The translations under genes and the position numbers were made by a program. Shown piece by piece: positions 27,825-39,616 of a stretch of DNA of 64,000 nt (positions within the stretch are counted from its first letter, which is position 1; every line of letters begins with the position of its first letter). The notes under the pieces were generated by a model. It was not told where the DNA came from. It ran no database searches and was given only the letters and a program-made list of their open reading frames with translations. The stretch is taken from the NCBI GenBank assembly GCA_002633005.1, contig NMRA01000013.1:168033-232032 (forward strand), in the 5' to 3' direction. Source of the stretch: Phoronis australis. Taxonomy: Eukaryota; Animalia; Phoronida.

Positions 27825-30800
27825 GAGTGGCATTGTGATCAGTGGGTATATTAATCACAACCCGCGTTCATCATCTGACCGGATTATAACTCACTGAAAT
27901 AGCATTTTACGTTTGACTTCAACTTTGATTGGCCTATCGCCGGCCAAACTCATCATTGAGATCTGATTTGATCACCGTACTCAAATGCTAATAGAGGCTG
28001 TATGCCAGACCACACGGATCCTGGGATGCGTTCCGTGAGGCAAGACAATCGCGAAAACACAAGATCACGCAAGTTATTTTAATTGCGAGGATATAGCAAA
28101 GGGTGGTCGCACACGTTGGATTCTTAATTAGCAAGCAAGTGTTGTTGTCTACCCATTCAGATAACCCAACGAATGCCCAATCTTCACCAGGACCAGTAAG
28201 TGAATATCAACTCTGCCATTTCTCACCGTCACTAAACTAATACAGGTAACCATGCAGTGAACCACAAAACGCATAAAATAGGCATTCCGTGTATTATTAA
28301 TGAGCTCATTTTTCGGGAACTTTCTTTTCAGGAATTTGTCATTAAACGTTTTGATTGAAGGCATTTTACAGTACAAATTATGACTAGCACTTTAAGAAAC
28401 GCACGTTTAAGTATTTCCGGCTTGCGTTGCCACGCAGACACGTAATGTGATTAATGTTCTATTTTTTTGATATTTGGAAGACGTGTACTTTATAGTTGTG
28501 TTCATACATTATGCTTAACATACAGACAACAAATTGACTGACACTTGTACCTGGTGTTCAAGACAAAATACGTTTTGGGAATGAAACCGCTTTTCTAGGG
28601 TCGTGCAAAAATGTCACCCACAAGATAATGAAGCGAGCAAAATAATATTTTTTTCATGTAACGTTTTTACCGTTCACCGTGATTTGGGCCAAAACATGAG
28701 AAACAGGCCTTTGCCTTAAAATTTGAAAAAAAAATATATGACTGATGTTTCTTAAATGTATTAAGTAGATTAGTTATGTATTCGTGTCACTAGTTATTGC
28801 TCTACACAATCATGTATACAGGCAATATAACAACATCGTTCACTGCATTGTTCAACTGTTGTGAACACGTTCAGTTAAAAATAGTGTTGAATCATATCTA
28901 TTTCTTGATTTTGTCTTCAGGTGAAGTGAACTTTCATATCAAAATCTACGGTCAGCAAAGAGAAAATTTAAAGGCTTTCAAACCTCAGTGAAGCCACTTT
29001 TTGATAATTTTGACATCCAGTACTCCACCATCTGCCTCTGTAAGAATTCCGCACAATGGACTAAAAAAAAACTCATTGAACAAGCCAAGCTGTCTAAAAC
29101 AGCAATAAAAGTGAAAAAAAACTGTGAAGGCCCGCCCCCCCCCACCTCGACCACTACGTAGTACATGTAGACGGTGGGTCGTGTTGGAACACTGGATTAA
29201 TCATAAAAACACCTAGGAATTGTGCTGACTGGCATCTGTCGTGAGACCTTCAATGTACATAAATCAAGTATGACTCGCATTAAGAACTCGTAAACTTTTA
29301 AATGAATGCCGCGACAAAGAAACAACAAAGTTTTGTACTACCACTTGGTGGTTTGATTCTCAAAATCTACATGTAGTCTCTAAACCCATTTTATTCTTTT
29401 TTCGATTATGAAAATATGGTCATTACTTTTCGAATAAATTATCGAATGAAAGGTCGGTTGTTGGTCTGCACTACTCGGAATGAAATGTCGCTTTACAAAC
29501 TTTATTCACACTCGAGAAGAGACATTAGTCATGTTTTAACAGTTTATGACCCTTAACCTCGTTTTAGAGACTCTTTTATAGTTTTTTGTGCGTAGCTGCG
29601 TTAGTTTACTCTGACTACACACGCATGAATTAATTTTTGAACAGTTTGTTTGTTGTCGTAACTCATTAGAGTTCGCGTGATTTCCTTTGAATAACAAATT
29701 GTCCTCTGTCGAACTATTTGCTCCGAAAACATTTTGGGCCAAGCTACGGAGAAAGGAAAGCAAAGGCTGGTTGTTAGCGGCTGATCGCCAGTTGGAAACA
29801 GGTGTAGGAGGACCAGAACTGATAGTGCAGACGCATAAATTATCGTGCATGAAGAGCGACCAGTTTCATTTCTTAAGCGAGAAAACTGAAGCAGGCCTAC
29901 GAATGTAGATATAACATTTCATGAAGGTACGAAGGATTATGGTGTATAACATTTTACAACGGGAAATATTTTGCAGCGGAAATTAACGAATTGATCCTTC
30001 AACACAACGACCGTATCTATAAACATCAAATACGGAGACTTGTCTCAGAGGTAATCAAACTCATAAATGAGCGGATGCGAGTACGGAGCACGGTCAACGC
30101 TACACTTATGATCGTGGATTTCATGAATGAAGCGCTGAAAAGATTAGAATGAAAAGTAGAGAGGAGAAAGAAACACTTTTTCAGTTAACCAATGTTTACG
30201 TGGAAGCGGAGCCAGACATTCAGTAAGTTTCGGAGATGGCTCACTACCAAGGATCATCGCTCAAGTTAGTGAACAATTAAGTAATGAACAACGTTTCATG
30301 GCATGCCAACAGATTCAAGCTAGACACACTACGGAGTCGACACTCGCAACGTGCTTTCAAAGGCAATTCTATTCGTTTCGGTCGATCTGCATTGCATGCG
30401 TACTGTAACTAAACAGTATCACTTTGATATTTGAAAACCACGGAGAAGTGAAATGAACCAAGAAGGTTTAGTGCCAAGGATAGTGTCATGTTTGAGATTT
30501 TATTTTTTTACGCGCACAGACGTTAGCGGAGCAACTTATTCAAACATTTCGTATGATACCGTAGAACCACTGTCCCCACGAGTTCACGAGTAATATCGAT
30601 AAACCAAAAATAAAGAGACCCGTTTTATATTCCATGGATGGTTGCTAGTGAAACGTCTCTAAGGACAGGTGAAATTCAATATACATTGTGAAACGGCTCT
30701 CACGTGTACAAATGTTTGAACTGGTTAATCGAAACGTGTTAATTAAACTTTTCAATTGTATTGACGTTTATACGTGCATAGGCCTGTGTCTTTTGAGATT

Positions 30801-30942
30801 AACAGGGAAATGGATATTTATCAGATCTCCTTGAAGATTGATGGTCAAACAGAGAATTGACAAACACCTGGAACTCAAGGATCTGTACAAATCAAACTTA
30901 CGTTCATATCGTTGATACGACATTATTTTTCTCGACTGCAGA

Positions 30943-32277
30943 ATGAACGCACCTAATCCTTATCAGAGTAAGTTAAATCAGAAAAGACGGTCGCTTCAAA
31001 GAGGCGAGTGTGAGATGTCTGTGATTTTCCGCAATAAATTCGAGAGTATGAGGTTGGGTGAGAGAGTTCAGCAGCTTGACCAACTCAGGAAAGAAACGAG
31101 AGAAGACCAAATTGAAAGATCGCTTCAGATGAAGAGAGATTTTATGAAGGTGTATGAAAACACCGGTTACAGTGAGGATGGAATGGAAGTTGGGAATGAA
31201 CACCTTGACCACCAGGCGATGATAGAGATGAAGATGTACGTGAAACCATGGAAACTATTCAATCATGTGTCAGAGGAAGATCTTATTGGGGGAGCAATGC
31301 ATCGTTTTAATTCAGACTATGGGTTAAAAAGCTTACAGCGTTTAAACAACCATAGTCGCTTACCGTCGAGCCGAGCGAAACCGGAAATGGCCTCAGAGGG
31401 TACCGAACAACAAAAAGTGACACACATGGTTACCAGACGGCAATCATGCGTAACCAGTGACAGTAAAAACGTTAAGTCTGTTACCACCGTTGCAACTACG
31501 GAAGAACACACTAACGTCAAGGCAAAGTCTTCAAGGAGTGGTATGACACCATCTGCCACTAGCATTACCCAATTTCTTGCGAAGGCCTCCACTTCCAGTC
31601 ATTCCAAAATCAAGAGTAAGCGGCATCCAAACGGTCTAAAATACAGTGACGATGTCAATAATAACGCCATAACTGAAATGCATGAGCAAAGAAAGAAAAA
31701 TGGGAGAATTCAAAACACATTTGAGTTAGGAAGCCAGAGTGTATGTGAAACCTCATTTGGAAAAGTCCACAGGCCTCAAACAGTTTCTACAGCACCACGG
31801 GCACTCAAAAAAGCGAACGTTGTGAAGCGCCCTCACACAGTTCCTGCGGGAATGGGGCGATTGGCGGGAAAAAAAGACGACGATGACAGCGAGGTAGACG
31901 GCACTCTCTCACTGAAGCCTCCTGTAAAGGTTAAAAAAGGCGGCAATTGGTTAAACTTAGATTTCTATGTAAAACCCCAGGACAGATATAAACTTGATTT
32001 GTTTATCTTAAAAAGACGAGAGAGACTGCGAAAGAAGCTTGTAATAGAAAAAGGACCCATCTCCGAGGCTGATGCCAATTCTCGCCTTGGAGTGGCTTCC
32101 TCCAAGTCCTGCCGGCAGAGGGAGCTAAAGCATCTTGTGGAAGAACACTCCAATAAAATTCGAAATCAGATGAAACCACCACCGCCAAAAAACTTTGATA
32201 ACGAAGTGAAGACATTTTTACAGAACATAGACCACTTAATTGAGAAACCGTCTTCCTCTTTAGATCATAACGGATGA
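30943..32277 (+). CDS. Uncharacterised 444-aa basic, largely disordered protein with N- and C-terminal helical/coiled regions
   Basis: 1335-nt ORF with protein-like composition. A strong splice acceptor (ttatttttctcgactgcag, ending 30941) lies just before the ATG, so upstream exon(s) are likely. No recognisable domain. Confidence 0.8.
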   Translation: MNAPNPYQSKLNQKRRSLQRGECEMSVIFRNKFESMRLGERVQQLDQLRKETREDQIERSLQMKRDFMKVYENTGYSEDGMEVGNEHLDHQAMIEMKMYVKPWKLFNHVSEEDLIGGAMHRFNSDYGLKSLQRLNNHSRLPSSRAKPEMASEGTEQQKVTHMVTRRQSCVTSDSKNVKSVTTVATTEEHTNVKAKSSRSGMTPSATSITQFLAKASTSSHSKIKSKRHPNGLKYSDDVNNNAITEMHEQRKKNGRIQNTFELGSQSVCETSFGKVHRPQTVSTAPRALKKANVVKRPHTVPAGMGRLAGKKDDDDSEVDGTLSLKPPVKVKKGGNWLNLDFYVKPQDRYKLDLFILKRRERLRKKLVIEKGPISEADANSRLGVASSKSCRQRELKHLVEEHSNKIRNQMKPPPPKNFDNEVKTFLQNIDHLIEKPSSSLDHNG

Positions 32278-33303
32278 AGATGAAATCCTATTGAGGAATT
32301 CATTATGTGTATAGGGGCTCATTAGAATGGTATGGATTTTTTGTGAGCAGAAAACAAAAGGTGCTAATTGTTTTGTAACAATTTCTAGAACGAGTGGTAT
32401 GTCTTAACCTTTCAGTTTACCCATGGATGAGTGTTATTTAAAGCGGATAAAAAACCAGTCCTCATGCCTTTCGTCATTTGATTACATTACTTTTAGTTAT
32501 AAAACTGGATCTCATCGGTCTCAATTTGTTCCTCACTCACATTAGAGCTGGCTTTTGGACTTTGAAAGGTTACCGACATTGCTTTTCACCAGGCTAAACA
32601 GGTTAGTCGCGGTGGGTCACTTTCACACGAGGCAGGCATGACTGCTCCAGTACACTTTTCATCGGCGTAAGGATAGAGACCGTAGTAAATCGAAACTTCC
32701 TTTATTTATCGGAACACAGCTTTATAGTCGCTTTAGCCGTGTATGAATCAAGTTATAATTTGCTTTGTTTCGATATTTAAAGCTGCAACCTGTCAAAAAT
32801 CAACATTTGCTTTAGACCACTTAGAGTTATGAAACGGGCCCTTTCTTAGACCTAGAAATGATCTGGTTTAGGGAAGAACTGATTCCACACTAAAAACTTT
32901 TTGGCTTGACCAGGCGGTTTACTTTATACGCTGAGCATAACCTGTTTCAAGCGTTAAGAAGGTGGCAGTTTCAAGAGTTAACAAGCTCAGAAATCATTTC
33001 AAATCCCAGCGAGTAAAACATCGAGACTTTTTATAGCGGTCAGCGATCTAAATCAAAAGACAGTAGCTGGCGAAAGCCGTGATTATAAGACCAGAGAAGA
33101 AATGAAGAAATGTTCATATCAATGCTGCATGACGCATTTTGGGGTGGAAGGAATAATGTTCATTTCTAGACGGAATTTTGTCCTGAATACGTATGCCTCG
33201 TTTGCCTATCCGAAATGCCTAATTAGGTCATTAATTTAAGTCAAAAGAAAATAAGTTCAAATTCACGATTTTCCAAAACGGATGAAAACTATATATGTAT
33301 ATA

Positions 33304-33462
33304 TATAGGTTATCCCACATACATAGGAATACTAGTGCCAAATCCTATCGAGAATTCTTTTCATCTGGGAATATCCCAACGAGACTGAGATGAAATGAAT
33401 TCTCGATAGCCTGAGGACATGGCAGCAGTATTCCTATGTAGGCCCATGTGGGATAACCTATA
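33304..33462. mobile_element. Foldback / hairpin MITE
   Basis: TATAGGTTATCCCACAT...ATGTGGGATAACCTATA, with internal paired blocks ACATAGGAATACT/AGTATTCCTATGT, CTATCGAGAATTC/GAATTCTCGATAG and TTTCATCT/AGATGAAA. Confidence 0.8.
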
Positions 33463-35259
33463 CTCGGGAGCCCAATGGTCGTCCGCCTAAGCATAAAACC
33501 GGCTTGTTGTTATTCCAATTCAAAGTTATGCTCTGCATAGAACTTGATTTGACTCTCACAAATCCATAGTATTAGTTGATTCAAAAGTTTTCTTTTATTT
33601 ATGCCCAGTTGTTTGAACTGTGCATTGCTTTTCGGCAGCCATTTTATAATGACTCCTATAGTCGTCATATGCTGCCGCCTTTTGAAAGAACAGAAAATAG
33701 TGGAAAGTGGTTTACAGCAATTCTACTTCAACTACAAACTGTTTTACTAGTATGATATCGATTTTTAAATCGATTAAAATCGATTCAGAATTTCAGTTCT
33801 GGAAAATAAATCGAGACTGTTTTATTCCAGATAGACCTTACTTATTTTCTATTTGTGACCTCTTTATTTGACTTTTTGCTGTTGCTGTTCTTAATAACAC
33901 TTATCTCTGCTGTCTTTTTTTTCTTTTCAGTTTTTCTTCATTCTCTGTTATCACCTTGTCAGACAAAACAGAACTGTAACCCTTTGAGTCTTTGTCGGTG
34001 CAAGTTGATCATTGAACCTCGATACATTTGTTCTAATAAATTACAAAATATCGTATTATTTGATTTTTTCTCGCCTTTAACAGGCTTCTGCAATCATAAA
34101 TAAATAAATAAATACCCAAGTTGTATTTGCACTTTATTGCTCAATCTCTTCTTTTATTTTTGATTATGTCATGCTGTGTTGTATGTAATAATGCAATATA
34201 GTGAAATAAAGTCAATGTTTTACTTTATTGGTGGCCATTCTCTATCAATTCAAGTTTCTAATTTTCTTCAAATAAATTCAAAATGCTTTAACCAAAAATT
34301 TCAACATAAATGTTGAGCTCAGTACTTTGTTTTGCTATAAAAAACAAGTGGACAATATTTTGATGACCAAGGCGTTAGCCGAAACTGTTAAGCACTCAGC
34401 GTGTTCCATTTGTCTGCTGCGTTTTTCCTTTGGCCTAACGGGTGTCGGTTAGTGCCTGGGACAAATAGATACATTGCATAAACAATCTCTGAGTTGTTTT
34501 TTGTTCTGTCTGAAGAAAATTTAATTTCGAAAATATCTTCTTAAAATGAACAAAAAAGTACATTAGCAAAATCTACAAGTTTTTAAGTGGTCTCAAGAAA
34601 ACAGTCGGTAAATGCATTAACTTTAGTCTCAGTTCTTCCATGCGCGTATCTCCCGAGAGGTTAGTACCTAACGTGTAGACGAGCACTCCAAATTGGAACG
34701 CTAAGTCCCGTGTGGCTGCGCTGCACGCGAAAGAAGATGGCGGATGACCTTTGGAGCCTGACGACGATAGGTATCCGGACTATATATTTATCTTTCATAC
34801 CAAAACAGCTACATCGTGTCAAATTAATAGAAATTCATGAACAAAAACTGATTTTTTTTATCGCATCTCCTTAATCGCCGTTCTAGTTATGACTTTATAA
34901 TAGTTAACACTTCACTTTCACTGCTACAAATGTACAGCAAAATTGACCAGGGCTCATACGGCTTATTTTTCTGCAGGTTGGGTTCTGATCGAGGAAAGGC
35001 ATATGATATGAAATCTAACAACTCTACGGCAGCTTGAATATGAATGATGTGATCAACAATATTACAAGCAGACTGTTCATGCTTAGACGACTACAGCATA
35101 ATTGACTACAAATCTAACGCTAAAATGTAAAATAGTTATAAATTACATAACTGCGTGCTACCAGAAAGAGTGTCTTCCTGGTTTTACATATAAACAGCTA
35201 AGTGAAATTGACTTATTCCAAAACGTATGAATTGTAGGTGAAAATTTGAACATAAATTC

Positions 35260-36330
35260 ATTTATAGCACAACAATGAGTTTTCGTATAGTCAATTTAGA
35301 ACATTGAAAATCAAAAATACATGTAGTGCAATGAGCGCTGACACATGTATAACAGTAAACTAGAATATACATGATGTCTTTATGAAATGAATAGCATTTA
35401 AAAGTCCACCACAGGAGAGCGGTATACATTGGAGCACAGATAGGCAAGAGTTCTCATAGGGAATTTTCTGAAAGAATTGGCATGATAATATAGTTTCCTC
35501 CATTGCCGTAAGATGTCAGAGGCGCCAGCCAAGGAACTATTTTTGATATGACCCAAATATTGTATAACCTTTAAAGAGGTTCTACATTCAAACAAAAATT
35601 AGGTAATATAGAGCGAATGAGGCCACTGTTCAGTTACAAATCAAAGCACTCTTGATAGATTTATGCTACAAGTTTACATAGACAAGCAACTACGGGTGAA
35701 AACAACAAATTCGTCAGCATGAACATAAGATGNATTACAACGATTTTTTTCAAACTTTTTGCACAAGTTGAAAGTTAATAACTTTTTGAACTCCATATCA
35801 CATCAAAAAACCGGCTTAAACGGCGTTAAGAGGTTTTTTTCTTCTATAACTCGGACCATAGGCCTTTAAAGAGGTTCTACATTCAAACAAAAATTAGGTA
35901 ATATAGAGCGAATGAGGCCACTGTTCAGTTACAAATCAAAGCACTCTTGATAGATTTATGCTACAAGTTTACATAGACAAGCAACTACGGGTGAAAACAA
36001 CAAATTCGTCAGCATGAACATAAGATGATTACTATAAAGCAGAGAGAAAAACGAATGTCTTCTTGGCAAGAGATATTATTCACAGCCAATTTTACAGTCT
36101 CCCGAAAGTGAGTCAAGCCCATCCATATACAAACAGAAAACTAAGGACCACGCTACACTAGCTTGCCTTACGCCAACTGCAACTTTAAAGAATGTTGAAA
36201 TGTACATGTCCTCAACGTACGCAGAATTATATAGTTCAGAACATGAAAATATTATTGGTTTTAACAATATAGCCCAGGAAACCTCTAATAATGGGTTTGT
36301 CAGGGAATTTAACACGGCGTGCTCGGCCAA
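35260..36330 (-). mobile_element. Degraded LINE reverse-transcriptase fragment
   Basis: Peptides STFFKVAVGVRQASV..LVFCLYMDGL (GVRQG-type RT motif), IQYLGHI and CAPMYTALLW in broken frames. Confidence 0.65.
35568..36027 (+). repeat. 165-bp exact duplication (35568-35732 = 35863-36027) across an N, with an intervening TTAA-bounded transposon end
   Basis: Identical sequence twice; N at 35733; the spacer ends ...GGACCATAGGCCT TTAA. Confidence 0.85.
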
Positions 36331-36813
36331 ATTTCTGGCAAGTATCTAGAAAGCATGAAAATGATACTCACTAAAGTTTGCGTACATGTACATTGATAAT
36401 TTTAATTCCATACGTTGATCCGCCCCATGATTCTTTTTAAATCCAAAGTGGATGTGGTCTAAAACAATAATCTTCAAACAATAACAACTAGACACTGGGA
36501 CGACAGTTATGAATTTTTAGATGAAAAATTACCAGTTTTATCCTTAATGAGTAGACAGAGTCGTCAAGGGTCGTTTTAAGTAGACTGACGACATTAGCCA
36601 TGCCCGTGCAACGAGAATTCTCGGTAAATTCGATCCCAAAGTTCTTGAATCCTACCCCCTAATTCAACATTGTTCTCAAAGCGTCAGTTCGCACCATCCG
36701 CAATGCGTTCACGCGGACAAGTAAAGGCGAAAGTCAAGGAATCGATAGATGTTCCCGTTTGAGCCATCGACACCGAATAATTCCGACTAAAACCGAAAAC
36801 GTCAAGGCAATCT

Positions 36814-38430
36814 TTACATGAAGATTTCCCTGTTGATCTCTTCTTGATGTCGTTTACGCATTTGAATCTTCGAAATGACGTAGCTTATAACAATGAAGTT
36901 AATTAACAGCGCTCCATTATTCGCTAAGAGAAAATATACCATCGCTTGGTGGCCAAATGTTTCCAATAAGAATCCTGTTAATGTCGGAAACACTAATACT
37001 GTCACTGCGCATGCAATGGTCACAGACGCCGAAACCGGACCATCAACGGTGACAACCTCGTTGACTAAATGCATACCGGCGGCGAAAAAGGGTCCTTTGG
37101 AGGCACCAACAACCGCTACGCATACCCACACGACCGCTTCGTGAGTGTTCATTGAAAACACCAGCACCAAAAGAGCAGAGCATGTGACTGAAATTGAACC
37201 TGCCATAAGGGTTCTGGGAGACACGCACCGACCAATAAAAATGCCCAGAATTCGGAAGACTCCAAATGCACCCCAGAAAACAGAAGTAATAATAGGACCT
37301 TTCCACCTTTTCATATGCAAACCATCCACAACTAAGGTAGCGACCAGACTATGTGTGGTGAATTCGCTGCCAACGTAAAGCCCGAATAACAGAGACGCTA
37401 ACAAAACGAACATCACTCGCTTTAGTGTCCACTTTTTGAACTTCTGTTGACTTTCGCAAGTGTCTTCTTGTTTGATGAGCAAGGCACCTTTCTCAAAACG
37501 ATACGCTATTAGGCACAATACGGGAACAACAACGCTAATGCAAGCCAAGGTGAGAAAACCATACTGGACGCGTGTGCGTGAAACCTGCTCGACGTTTGTC
37601 TTATTAGAGCACAAGTCTGATCGTGGTAACATTGTTGGTAAGGCCGCTGAACTGTTCAGACCATGAACCACCGGATAGGATTCAATGATTTTAACGACGT
37701 TCAAAAGAGAACCTGGTTGTACATCCACGGATCTGAGAAGCTGAGAGGCGTTACGGATGCAATTGCGCACTGAGATCGTTTCGGACAAGAATGGCTGCAG
37801 GATGAAGGGGCCTGCGGTAGCACCGACAGAGTACATGGCATGCAAGCCTTGTATCAACGAATGGCTGTTTTGTGCACCGTTCCATAAGCACAGGAGAAAA
37901 ACGTTTGATGCCGAGTTGAGAATTGCCGTCGAAAAACCGTGTAGAAACCCCATAGAGACAAAAGACCCAAGATTCGGCATCCACGGTAAAAGGATCACAA
38001 CTACAATGGAGAGTCCAGAACTCATCGTCAAAATGATGTTGTAGTTTAACCGTCCGATTATGTAACCTCCGAGAGCGCACCCGATAATTCCACCCACTCC
38101 GCGTAGCGGATAAATCAAGACAACCTGCTTCACGTCAACGTTGAGCAACTGTCTTAGATCGACCAATGCAGGTCCTAAAATTGTTCCCAGTAAACCGAAC
38201 GCGGCATAAGCGAAATAAACAGCAACAGTGTTCAACCTTCGAACTTTTTTGAAATAGGGAGATTTGGCCGGTTCATATATTGCTTTGGTTGTCTCCAGAA
38301 ATTTTTCTTGTTCTTCACATAACTTCGGGCAATCCTGACAGTGTTCTTTTGCCAACACAATGTTAATGGATTCAGTATCATTTGGGATGACGTGAACTGG
38401 GTGTAATTTGATGTTCTCTCGTTTATCCAT
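36814..38430 (-). CDS. Major facilitator superfamily transporter, MFSD4/NaGLT1 (sodium-dependent glucose transporter 1)-like, 538 aa
   Basis: About 12 TM segments; GLLGTILGPALVDL, QGLHAMYSVGATAGPFILQPFL and LYVGSE motifs are typical of the FucP/MFSD4 branch. Splice acceptor tattttacag 6 nt upstream of the ATG; CDS intronless. Confidence 0.88.
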   Translation of the reverse strand: MDKRENIKLHPVHVIPNDTESINIVLAKEHCQDCPKLCEEQEKFLETTKAIYEPAKSPYFKKVRRLNTVAVYFAYAAFGLLGTILGPALVDLRQLLNVDVKQVVLIYPLRGVGGIIGCALGGYIIGRLNYNIILTMSSGLSIVVVILLPWMPNLGSFVSMGFLHGFSTAILNSASNVFLLCLWNGAQNSHSLIQGLHAMYSVGATAGPFILQPFLSETISVRNCIRNASQLLRSVDVQPGSLLNVVKIIESYPVVHGLNSSAALPTMLPRSDLCSNKTNVEQVSRTRVQYGFLTLACISVVVPVLCLIAYRFEKGALLIKQEDTCESQQKFKKWTLKRVMFVLLASLLFGLYVGSEFTTHSLVATLVVDGLHMKRWKGPIITSVFWGAFGVFRILGIFIGRCVSPRTLMAGSISVTCSALLVLVFSMNTHEAVVWVCVAVVGASKGPFFAAGMHLVNEVVTVDGPVSASVTIACAVTVLVFPTLTGFLLETFGHQAMVYFLLANNGALLINFIVISYVISKIQMRKRHQEEINREIFM

Positions 38431-39301
38431 GCTCAGCTGTAAAATAAAGATGATTTTGTACTCACGTAATTTAAACTCGTAAGCAAAACTTTCCAGACAT
38501 TAACAAGACGTACAGTAACGCAGTCGACCTATGCACATTACCAGGGCATTGATTGATAAGTTTAAACGTCATCTGCAGATTTTTCAAAAAAATAAATATT
38601 CATTTAGATCACTTGGTGCTTTCAAGTTAAAATCGGTCTCCTTTTGTTCCTTACACATGGTGATTTCTGTGCTTGGGAACAAATGGCAGGTCGTAATTAC
38701 TTGTGAACAGACAGGCATTAAATATGTATTTGCATACTTCTAACTATGCTAGTGTACAGTAGCTAAACAACAATGCCATTTGAGCATCATCTACGCTAAA
38801 CAAAGTGCAGTTGTATTCATTAACAACTTATAAATGGATATCGGTGACCTTTGCACTAATGACGTACCTCGCGGGCTCACATACATATAGCCCGCATAAT
38901 GCAGTGTTATTCCCCATCACCACGTCACAATACTCACTGGACACGGTTGAGTGATTTACGGTTTTTGACAAAAAACTCGTTCTTAAAACCTTTGGCAATT
39001 TTTAACGTACTTCATATAAACATTGTTGCTACAGGTTGTGTTTCCAAGTAATTTGACAAAGCAATCACAGAAATAAGGAATTAGTGTGCAAGTTCCACTT
39101 AAAGTGCCTTATCACGGCGGGTTAGTTTCAATCGCCACGGGTATACCAAGCAACCTATTGTAACCGACCGATTGTTCCTTTGTCCATTACGAGCATCTTT
39201 CGGAAGTTATATATCGCCATAGAGTCCAAAACTTGGAAACTGACTGATCGACTTCATTTCCGACCGTGACCAACCGAGTTTCAGACGACCGAGAGCTGAA
39301 A

Positions 39302-39616
39302 CATAGACCTCCTTACGGCCCATGGGTTACGTAGCGAATGCTCCGTCTCGCTCATTATCACTTTTTTGTGGTCTAAAACCAGCAAATATGTAATGACGTC
39401 GGTGAAAATCCATAACACGGTAGTAACTCATGTCATTGTCATCCCGTAAAAAAATTGTCCATAAAGCAAACTTCTGTCGTTTTGAAGGAAAACTGTAACA
39501 TATTATACTTTTTATTTTAAATATTATCGGCGACATAATTAAGTCGGGATCTCGAGGTCCTGAGATAAATAAAAAAGAAACGCGCGATGTCATCTTTGGG
39601 CCACCGTAAGTCTATG
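39302..39616. mobile_element. ~315-bp MITE
   Basis: Imperfect TIRs CATAGAC(CTC)CTTACGG / CCGTAAGTCTATG flanked by a perfect TGAAA duplication. Confidence 0.75.

Noticed and set aside
38437-38465. 29-nt micro-intron in the MFS 5' UTR (GTGAGT...TTACAG)
   Set aside because: Too short for normal splicing; the acceptor more likely pairs with a distal donor such as the one near 38937.
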